Below the pieces are notes generated by a model. The model saw only the letters and a list, made by a program, of their open reading frames with translations, was not told where the DNA came from and did not search any database. This document shows, in pieces, positions 56,752 to 64,000 of a DNA stretch of 64,000 bases (within the stretch, counting starts at the first letter, position 1; each line of letters begins with the position of its first letter). The position numbers and the translations under genes are program-made. The DNA lies in contig JANNXA010000051.1 of the NCBI GenBank assembly GCA_031409275.1, positions 320,001-384,000 on the forward strand, written 5' to 3'. This DNA comes from Planctomycetota bacterium. GTDB lineage: Bacteria > Planctomycetota > B15-G4 > SIAN01.

Positions 56752-57894
56752 TCATCGAAGGACGCGCTGGTAGACCAGCACGTCGCCTTGCGGCGGAACC
56801 ACGACGACCTGCGTCGTCGGCCCAGCGATCCGCCATCCCGCGGACGGCCGGATCTCGATCTCATGGCTCCCTGGAGGGAGCTCGAAGCGCAACAGTTGGA
56901 CTTCGTTCGGGAGGCTCGTCCAATGCCGGGTATCGGCTTCCGCCCGCACGGCGAACGAGGTCAGCAGCAGCGCCGCTCCGGCGACGAGCGCTCCGGCCTG
57001 GTACTTCTTCGGCAGATCGTCGGCGACGAGCAACGCCCCCACTCCCGCGACCTTCGACCCGGTCTTGACCGCCGACTTGGCGTTCAGCACGGAGTCGAAG
57101 TCGCGTCCTCCGCGAGTGGTCGCTTGGAAGTAGACATCGCCCGCCTTCGCCGCTGAACCGACGCTCGCGCCATCGACCAGGACATCGATCGCGGACGGAG
57201 TGGAGCCATCGGCGATGAAGCGGGTCTGCTCGCCATGCTCGCCGACGTTGATCTTGGTGGGACCCCGCCCGACATCGACCACGACCACGACGTTGCCTTG
57301 ATTCGACGCGGCCATCGCGGCGCACTGAGGCACAAGATTGCGAGCGCTGGTGTAGCTGCGCTCGGCCATCCCAGGATCGGAGAGCTGCTCGTAGCAGAAT
57401 CCTTCGAGGAAGAGCGCGGGAGCGAAGTCGCAGTCGTACGCCTCTTCGCCTTGGCCCGAATCGACGAAGATCGCGTTCTTGAACCCAGCCAACGCGTTGT
57501 CGGTCACGCCGAGCAACAAGTTCACGATCCCGAGGTAGTACGAGTTCATCGCCCGTTCGTGCGGATCGCCGCGCCACTGCTTCGACGCCTCGGATCCAAG
57601 GATTGCGCCCACCGCGTCCGAACCGCTCCCGCCAAAGCCCCCCATGATCTGCGCCGCCTCGCTGAAGAGACGGAGAGCCTCTGCGAGACCGCGCCGTTCG
57701 AGTGCAAGGACCCCAAGCTCGTTCAGGTAGAGCGCGCGCCCCTCGGCGTCGTCCTCGATCTGCGACTCGAGCTGCGATTTCGCCCGATCGCGGTCGCCGG
57801 CGTACCAGGCACGGCCCGCCGAAGCGGAGCCTGGTGACGCGCACGCCGCGCTGCCCAGCAGCAGAACAAGCGAGGTAGCGACACGCGCCCGCAT
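56752..57894 (-). CDS. TPR-containing lipoprotein (COG3014-like)
   Basis: Lipobox SAAC; TPR-like helices; WRGDPHERAM and ADTRHWTSLP motifs. Confidence 0.72.
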   Translation of the reverse strand: MRARVATSLVLLLGSAACASPGSASAGRAWYAGDRDRAKSQLESQIEDDAEGRALYLNELGVLALERRGLAEALRLFSEAAQIMGGFGGSGSDAVGAILGSEASKQWRGDPHERAMNSYYLGIVNLLLGVTDNALAGFKNAIFVDSGQGEEAYDCDFAPALFLEGFCYEQLSDPGMAERSYTSARNLVPQCAAMAASNQGNVVVVVDVGRGPTKINVGEHGEQTRFIADGSTPSAIDVLVDGASVGSAAKAGDVYFQATTRGGRDFDSVLNAKSAVKTGSKVAGVGALLVADDLPKKYQAGALVAGAALLLTSFAVRAEADTRHWTSLPNEVQLLRFELPPGSHEIEIRPSAGWRIAGPTTQVVVVPPQGDVLVYQRVLR

Positions 57895-57925
57895 CGGAAG
57901 AGCTCCGCTTTGCCCAGGCTCCCGA

Positions 57926-58528
57926 TCAGCGATAGAGCACGCCGCGCTCGCCGACCTTCTTCCATTCGTTGTCATCCTGCCAGAGGATCGCGCCCGTCTC
58001 GGCGTCGGTGAGGCGGAAGGTCGCGACGATGTAGTCGGACTCCGCGTCTCCGTTCGTCTTGCTCAGCGACTTCAGCGTGCTGAGCAGGAAGTAGTCCGAG
58101 CCGAGCGGCGCCGCCGCGAGGTTGGGCTGGCCCTGTGCGTCGGTCGGAACGCTGACGGCGCCGCTGCGCTTGAGCGCGCGCTCGCGCTGGATGACTTCCC
58201 AGTTCTCGCGATCAACGAACTGCACGCGACCGCCCGAGTTCTGGATGAGCAGCGTCATGATGCGGTCGACGATCATCGAGTCGTTGATCTGGAACCGCGT
58301 CTCGTTCTTCGGATCTTGAACCACGACGTACGGAGTGCCGCGGGTGTAGAGCCGATCCATCGCGAGGATCGACCGCGCGATCTTGTCGGCGGTCGCTCGG
58401 ATGTCTCCGGAGTCGATGCCGGTGCCACCGAGTGCGTCGTCTTGATCGGGATCGACGCGCTGGGTCGGCGAACTGCACGCCGCAAGCGAGCACATCAGCG
58501 TCGCCGCCAACCACCAAGCCTTGACCAT
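57926..58528 (-). CDS. LpoB-family (CsgG/TolB-N-like fold) lipoprotein
   Basis: AAAGGAG SD; lipobox LAAC; KNET, VQFVDRE, GSDYFL and FRLTDAETGAILW. Confidence 0.78.
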   Translation of the reverse strand: MVKAWWLAATLMCSLAACSSPTQRVDPDQDDALGGTGIDSGDIRATADKIARSILAMDRLYTRGTPYVVVQDPKNETRFQINDSMIVDRIMTLLIQNSGGRVQFVDRENWEVIQRERALKRSGAVSVPTDAQGQPNLAAAPLGSDYFLLSTLKSLSKTNGDAESDYIVATFRLTDAETGAILWQDDNEWKKVGERGVLYR

Positions 58529-58708
58529 CGCCGCATCTCCTTTGGTGCCGCCGCGCATCGCTCGAGCCTGGGGCATCCCGTGCCGAAGGCCACCCGATCG
58601 TCCTCGCTTCCAGGCACGGAAGCAAGCGCCACTACGACGGAGCGCCTTCATCGGACAAGCGTTGGAAGCGGTTTGCGAAGCCCGCGGGAGCTCGTCGCCC
58701 GCTTCGGG

Positions 58709-58746
58709 AAATGAAACAGGGGGCGGCGCCGAAGCACCGCCCCCTG
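58709..58746 (-). terminator. Rho-independent terminator of the secreted Cys-rich protein gene
   Basis: Minus strand CAGGGGGCGGTGC-TTCG-GCGCCGCCCCCTG-TTTCATTT: 13-bp stem, cUUCGg tetraloop and U-rich tail. Confidence 0.88.
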
Positions 58747-58801
58747 CCAAATATCAGCTTGCTCCTCCTTGCGGAGGCTCAAACCCGATCGTGAAGCCTG
58801 T

Positions 58802-60421
58802 TCAGCTCCAGTCGATCTTCATCATCCAGTTCGCAGTCGTGAACTGGACGGCCGGCGTGGAGAAGCCATTCGCAGTGAAGTAGCTGCTCGTCGTCGGGAT
58901 GCTCGTGCAAGAACCGGTCGGGTTGGCGTCATCGTCCGCACCATCCGTGTCCGACCCGATCCACACGCAGGTGTCGCCCGTCGCCCACTTCATCGCGACG
59001 ACGCCGTTGGCGAGGTTCGCGAGGGTGGAGTTCGAGGAGACATTCACGTCCGGGAAGTCGTAGACGGTGGCCGGGTAGCTGAAGTCAGCCGCATTGGAGG
59101 CCATCGACAGCGTGGTCGCCGAAGCAACCGTCGCGGCCGGGGCGCCCGGGCTCGCCGTGTTCTCTTCGTAGAGGCCGACCGAACCCCAAGACGGGCCAGT
59201 CGACGCGCCACAGAAGTCCCACGAAGCCGCTTCGACAGCGGTGACCGTGGTCACGGGGCACGGGTTACCGAGCGGATCGGTGAGGCCACCGACCGTAACG
59301 GTGAAGTAGTCCTTCGAGCTCGCCGGGTTCTGGACCTTCCAGATGTTGCCGTCGAGCGAACCGTCATCACGCTGACCGAAGCAGACGCACGGGTTGCAGT
59401 CGGCCAGGGACGGGGTCACGTTGACCGTGACCGCGTTCGTCGCCTTGACCTTCGGCTTGCCGTTCTTCTTCAGGTCGCAGTTGTCGAGGTAGAAGCCCGA
59501 CACCGTGAACTGAACGCCGGCCGGAATGCAGGGGCCGGAGGACGGATCGGACAGGAAGCCGCCGATCGTGCCCTGAGACTGGTCCGCGATCGAGGTGCTG
59601 TTCTCGTAGCCCGTCGACAGGACGAACGGGGGCACCTGGAAGAACGGATAGCCCGGGATCGTGACGCCCTGGATGTAGGCCGTCGGCTGAATCGCGCACT
59701 GCGACCACAGGGTCGCGGCGATGAAGCCGGTCTGCGCAACATCAACGACACCCGTCGCATTATTGACGGTCATGTACGCCGAGCCGCTGCCGACGTTGCC
59801 CTTGCCGATCACGCGAACCATGAGGTCGTGACCGGTGAGGATCGTCGCCGTCGAAGAATAGTTGCTGGACGTGAAGTAGCTGCGGCCGTCGGAGTTCGAC
59901 GCGTCCGAGCAGAGCCACGTGCCCGAGTCACCCGTGAGGCAGGTGGTGACAGCGTGCAGGCCACCGGTGCCGACAGTGACGTTCGGCAGGTCGTAGCCCA
60001 CGAAGCCCGGGCAGAAGCCCGAAGCCACGCCCGGGTTACCCGTGATCGTCACCGAGCCGCTGAGCGATCCGAGGATCGAGAGCGGAGCGTTGGTGTCAGG
60101 GGTCGTGCCGGTCGTGTCGATCGCGTTGTCACCGGCGAGCATCACGTACTTGATGCCGATGGTGCCGGTCGAGGTGGACTGCCAGGTGTTGAGAGCAACA
60201 CCGTCGACATTCATCCCGCCCGCCATCTGGTCGAAGTCGACGTTGAACGCGTCGCCTGCGCCCGTCGGGTTGAACACCTTCCAAGACGTCTCCGCACCAC
60301 CGTCGTCGAACAGGATCGACATCGACTGGCCGAGACCACCCACCGGCGGGACCGGGATCGTCTGCGCGGTAGCAACCGCAGAGAGACCCAGGACCGCGAG
60401 GGAAGCGAACCACTTCCGCAT
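58802..60421 (-). CDS. Secreted Cys/Thr/Ser/Gly-rich protein with two homologous domains (candidate major surface/S-layer-like protein)
   Basis: AGGAGG SD; signal peptide ending ATA-Q; internal duplication; own promoter and terminator. Confidence 0.8.
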   Translation of the reverse strand: MRKWFASLAVLGLSAVATAQTIPVPPVGGLGQSMSILFDDGGAETSWKVFNPTGAGDAFNVDFDQMAGGMNVDGVALNTWQSTSTGTIGIKYVMLAGDNAIDTTGTTPDTNAPLSILGSLSGSVTITGNPGVASGFCPGFVGYDLPNVTVGTGGLHAVTTCLTGDSGTWLCSDASNSDGRSYFTSSNYSSTATILTGHDLMVRVIGKGNVGSGSAYMTVNNATGVVDVAQTGFIAATLWSQCAIQPTAYIQGVTIPGYPFFQVPPFVLSTGYENSTSIADQSQGTIGGFLSDPSSGPCIPAGVQFTVSGFYLDNCDLKKNGKPKVKATNAVTVNVTPSLADCNPCVCFGQRDDGSLDGNIWKVQNPASSKDYFTVTVGGLTDPLGNPCPVTTVTAVEAASWDFCGASTGPSWGSVGLYEENTASPGAPAATVASATTLSMASNAADFSYPATVYDFPDVNVSSNSTLANLANGVVAMKWATGDTCVWIGSDTDGADDDANPTGSCTSIPTTSSYFTANGFSTPAVQFTTANWMMKIDWS

Positions 60422-60656
60422 GCGAAAATCCTCCTGAGAAGAACGAACCTATGTCTTGGGCACCGGCTTACTTGGTTTCAGCTGGGATCCCGAGGGTGAC
60501 CACGCAGGACAGTCTCGAGAGACCGAAGCGCGCGCCATCCTTGGGTGATTTTCATGTTGTCGTTGCGTCGCGGTCCGAGGACGGCAGGCCGAAGTTCGCC
60601 GCACCGTTCCGACCATCGTGGTGAGTTGGTTGGGACAACTCGACCCAGGCCGTTCG

Positions 60657-60706
60657 AATGTAGCTCGGCTTTCGGTGTCGTCAACTCGTCGGATCGAAAC
60701 TTTTTT
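60657..60706 (-). promoter_or_regulatory. Sigma-70-type promoter with UP-like A tract
   Basis: Minus strand AAAAAAGTTT...TTGACG (60684-60679)-N16-TACATT (60662-60657), about 230 nt upstream of ATG 60421. Confidence 0.6.
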
Positions 60707-61228
60707 GTGCCTCGCCCAGGGCGCTGCACCTCTCAGCTCGATCAGACCGTTAGCGCAGGTTTCGACTCAAAATGTCCCAATCGTGTTCCTCGTGCGGTTC
60801 GAAGCGCGAATAATTCCGCGACCTACGTCCGCCGGACCGCCCTGATGATCGACCTCCGCACGCCAGGTCTAGTTCGGATCAGGCTCCATCCGTACGGCGA
60901 CGACCGCGCATCGAGGGTCGCGCGACTTGCCCGGGCCGAGAAGCGGGTTAGAACGTGGAACCTTCTTGGAGGTTGCCACCTCTAAGAAGCGCTCTTAAGC
61001 CTGCTCGCTCGCAGGCTTGCCGGTACCCAAGTCGACGAAGCCACACTTAGTTCTATTTCCGCACCTTGCCTTGCGGGAGTCGAACTGCCGATGGTCGATC
61101 CACACGCCAGCGGCGATGGATCACGGTGTGGCCGTCAACGCAGGAAATCTTCCTGCGGCGATCGCCGGACTCGCGCTTCCCTCCCTTCCGCTTGGCGCGG
61201 AAGACCCGTTCACCAACGAGGGAAGTCG

Positions 61229-64000
61229 ATGATTTCGTCGAGCCGTTCGAACTCTCGCCGCGGCCACGCCCTGCTGTTCGCGATCCTGCTGATCGTGGCT
61301 GTGGTCGGCGCGGCCGTCGCTCTGTTTGTCCTGCGCAAGGACGCCGAGCGGCCGGCCGTCACCCCAGTCGACCGGTCAAGTCACGCCCCGAGCGAAGCGC
61401 CGACGACGCCCGCCGACGACATGAGCGCTTCGATCAAGAGCGGCGGCCGCGAACCAAAGCGCTCGGAGAAGGGGATCAACTTCAGCGTCGTCTGCCTCGG
61501 CCCAGGTGGTGCAGAGGAACCGCTCAAGGACCTCGAAGTCGTCGCGATCCCGGCCACGACCGGTGGAATCGCGCTCGAGCACCAGGTGTCTGCGCGGACT
61601 GACGCGAAAGGCACGGTGCAGTTCACGAACCTGCCCTACACGGTCTACGAGGTGCGAGCGGCCCCGGCCGGCTTCGTGCCACTCAATGTGCGCGGCGGCA
61701 GGGACGGCAAGCGCGTCGAATTCCTGTTTCAGCGCGGCGCGGTCGCCTCCGGCTCGATCCTGAATGCCGAGACCGGCGAGCCGATCGCCGACGCCTACGT
61801 GCAGATCCGTTGCGACTTCGGCAACTCATTGACGACCCAGCGCATCCAGATGGCGCTGCGCCAAGGCGTCGACCCGCGCGACATCGAGGGCTACGACCTG
61901 CTCGAGAACCCCCGCCCGTCGTTCCGCGCGGAAGCGACCAGCGGCCCCGACGGCAAGTACACCATCGCCAGCGCTCCGTACGACCTCAACCTGCTGCTGT
62001 CCGTGGAGCATGACTCGTACTGCGCGTTCGAGGAGGTCTTTCCTGCCAACGCGGGTGAGCCCATCACGCGCGATGTGCGCCTGTTCCCGCGCGTCGACAT
62101 CTTCGGCAAGGTCGTCGCCGATGATTCCGGCGATCCGATTCCCGGCGTCAAGGTCCAGGCGGCCGAAGGCGGGATTCCGCTGAGCGTGATGATCATGCTC
62201 GGCCGCGGCAGCGGCGTGATCGTCGACTCGGTCACCGACGCCAACGGCAGCTACCGGTTGAAGAACATGCCGCGCGGCAAGCAGTTCGTTTCGGTGACGT
62301 ATCCGGGCTACGAAGAGTTCAACGGCGCATTCGAGATCAAGACCAACGATCCCGAGTTCCTGTACGAGATTCACCTGAAGCGCTCCGCTTCGCTCTCGGG
62401 CCGAGTGGTCGACAACGCCAACCAGCCGATCGAGGGGGTGTCGATCTACTACGCGACCTCCGAGACGCAGGTGATGGGCAGCAAGGGACTCCCTGCCGAG
62501 CCCCACGCGCGCACGGGTCCGGACGGCTCCTTCCAGCTCCGCGCCGTCCCGGTCGCGCGCACGTTCAACGTCCTCGCCCGTCATCCGGACTACGTGAACA
62601 CGCAGCAGGACCACTTCGTCCTGCAAGCGGGCGAAGAGATGACCGGCGTCGAGTTGATGATGAGCCACGGCGGCTCGATCACCGGCGAAGTGGTCGACGC
62701 GCTGCGGCAACCGCTTGCTGGTGCGTCGATCGTCGCCACTCCGGTCAAGCCGGTCGGCGCACCGCTGCGCGCCGTCGTGAGCGCCGCCGACGGTTCTTGG
62801 GTGATCAACAACACGCAGCCGGCGATCTTCGAACTCGCCTGCGAGGCTCCGGGCTACTGCAAGTCGACGCTCAACAACGTGCGCGACGTGGCAACCGGCG
62901 TGCAGTTCGTGCTGGTCAAGGAAGCGATCTACTCCGGCCGCTTCCTCACCGGCGACGGCCAGCCGATCCCGCGCTTCAAGGTGCGCCTGCGGATGTCGAA
63001 CGCGCCGAAGGACAGCGAGGCGCGCGTCGAAGCCGTGCGTGATCGTGACGGCAAGTTCGAGCTCAAGGGCCTGGCGCCCGGTCTCTGGGACTTCGAGTTC
63101 ACTGCGGAGAAGCTCACGCCGTTGCTCGTCTCGCGTGTCGCGCTGCGCGAAGCGGAGCGCATCGACGGTCAGGAACTCAAGGTACTCGAGGGCGGCCGCG
63201 TCGGCGGAATCGTGAAGTCGCTCGCTGGCAAGCCGGTGCAGGCAGCGCTCATTCGAATGGACTTCCTCGAGTCGTTCTCGTCGACCGACAAGACGTTCAC
63301 GACGCTGCAGGCCTCTTCGAACTCGAACGGCGAGTTCGAGATCAAGAACCTGCTGCCAGGCCGTTACCTGATCTGGGCCTCGCATCCTTCATTCGCGCCC
63401 GTCCCTGAGCGCGAGATCGTCGTCGACATGGGGCCGCGGCAAGAGATCGAGTTCTCGCTGCCGAAGCCGGCGTCGTTGCGTGTCGTCGTTCGTGACGAAG
63501 AGGGCAACACGGTCCCCGGCGCGAGCGTCTGGCTCTTCCAAGGCGATTCGCCGACCGATTCGGCCAAGAAGCTCGTCGGCCCCAACGGCATGGTCGGTCT
63601 GCAAGTCCCGAAGAACGACGGCGAGCGCAGCGGGATCGCGTCGGCGTCCGAGCAGATGCAAGGCACCGGCCCGAAGGTGCAGGTCGGCGAGACCGGCGAA
63701 GTGTCGTTCTCGCGCAAGGAGCCGGGCAAGTGGACGCTCTGGGTGACGGGCGGCGGCTACTACAAGTATTCCGCGCGCCTCAACCTCGAAGCGGGCAAGG
63801 AGTCGGTCCACGAAGCCGCGCTGAAGAAACTCCAGGCGGGCGTTTCTCAGCAGGACGCGTACGACGACAACAAGGCCGCGCTCGCGCAACGCAACGAGCG
63901 CAAGAATCCTGGTGTCGATGACGCTGAAGGCGCGGGCGTTCGAGAACTCACGCCGGAACAGCGTCTCGTCCTCGACATGCAGCGCGACGGCGAAGAGCTG
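61229..64000 (+). CDS. Membrane-anchored protein with tandem carboxypeptidase-regulatory-like (prealbumin-fold) repeats, 3'-truncated
   Basis: Frame appears open to the window end (924 codons), so it is absent from the ORF track; N-terminal TM; repeats GKVVADDSGDPIPGVKV, GRVVDNANQPIEGVSI and GEVVDALRQPLAGASI. Confidence 0.85.
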   Translation, partial: MISSSRSNSRRGHALLFAILLIVAVVGAAVALFVLRKDAERPAVTPVDRSSHAPSEAPTTPADDMSASIKSGGREPKRSEKGINFSVVCLGPGGAEEPLKDLEVVAIPATTGGIALEHQVSARTDAKGTVQFTNLPYTVYEVRAAPAGFVPLNVRGGRDGKRVEFLFQRGAVASGSILNAETGEPIADAYVQIRCDFGNSLTTQRIQMALRQGVDPRDIEGYDLLENPRPSFRAEATSGPDGKYTIASAPYDLNLLLSVEHDSYCAFEEVFPANAGEPITRDVRLFPRVDIFGKVVADDSGDPIPGVKVQAAEGGIPLSVMIMLGRGSGVIVDSVTDANGSYRLKNMPRGKQFVSVTYPGYEEFNGAFEIKTNDPEFLYEIHLKRSASLSGRVVDNANQPIEGVSIYYATSETQVMGSKGLPAEPHARTGPDGSFQLRAVPVARTFNVLARHPDYVNTQQDHFVLQAGEEMTGVELMMSHGGSITGEVVDALRQPLAGASIVATPVKPVGAPLRAVVSAADGSWVINNTQPAIFELACEAPGYCKSTLNNVRDVATGVQFVLVKEAIYSGRFLTGDGQPIPRFKVRLRMSNAPKDSEARVEAVRDRDGKFELKGLAPGLWDFEFTAEKLTPLLVSRVALREAERIDGQELKVLEGGRVGGIVKSLAGKPVQAALIRMDFLESFSSTDKTFTTLQASSNSNGEFEIKNLLPGRYLIWASHPSFAPVPEREIVVDMGPRQEIEFSLPKPASLRVVVRDEEGNTVPGASVWLFQGDSPTDSAKKLVGPNGMVGLQVPKNDGERSGIASASEQMQGTGPKVQVGETGEVSFSRKEPGKWTLWVTGGGYYKYSARLNLEAGKESVHEAALKKLQAGVSQQDAYDDNKAALAQRNERKNPGVDDAEGAGVRELTPEQRLVLDMQRDGEEL

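Noticed and set aside
60630..60780. 8-bp inverted repeats TTGGGACA/TGTCCCAA flanking the strong promoter (possible invertible switch)
   Set aside because: Too short, they do not extend, and there is no recombinase in the window; reads showing both orientations would be needed.
60422..60960. Small ORFs (60478-60729, 60545-60985, 60618-60845) and a possible c-di-GMP riboswitch in the long intergenic region
   Set aside because: No motifs, convincing SD or coding-like composition; they overlap the promoter and leader; the GEMM consensus was not found.

Overview
A GC-rich (roughly 70%, estimated by eye) bacterial chromosomal segment, densely coding, with about 53 genes. I saw no rRNA, tRNA, CRISPR array, transposase, integrase or phage genes. 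The gene content (many sulfatase-fold proteins, an ECF/ZAS anti-sigma pair, a carboxypeptidase-regulatory-repeat surface protein) suggests a Planctomycetota-like organism; this is an inference. Housekeeping genes: hflKC, tgt, lysA, ggt, phoH-HD hydrolase-ybeY, cdsA, purA, an A-type Fe-S carrier, mutS, ubiD-family, lolC/E-like and gltA. Most notable observations: (1) a 34-aa bL37-like ribosomal microprotein absent from the ORF track; (2) a catalytically eroded NAPRTase paralogue with a disordered tail carrying a duplicated helix, placed after phoH-HD-ybeY; (3) an envelope locus at the right end, where a Cys-rich, internally duplicated secreted protein with a strong promoter, long leader and UUCG terminator (S-layer-like candidate) precedes a four-lipoprotein LpoB/TPR/YcfL/glycine-zipper operon; (4) three sulfatase-fold enzymes with Thr (TxPxH) instead of the CxPxR nucleophile; (5) a translationally coupled HTH-only MerR - FliA/WhiG - lysA operon; (6) a recurrent leaderless-mRNA signature, including a Trp-Trp uORF; (7) a Zn-ribbon microprotein coupled to ubiD. 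All product calls come from motif recognition by eye; no database searches were run.
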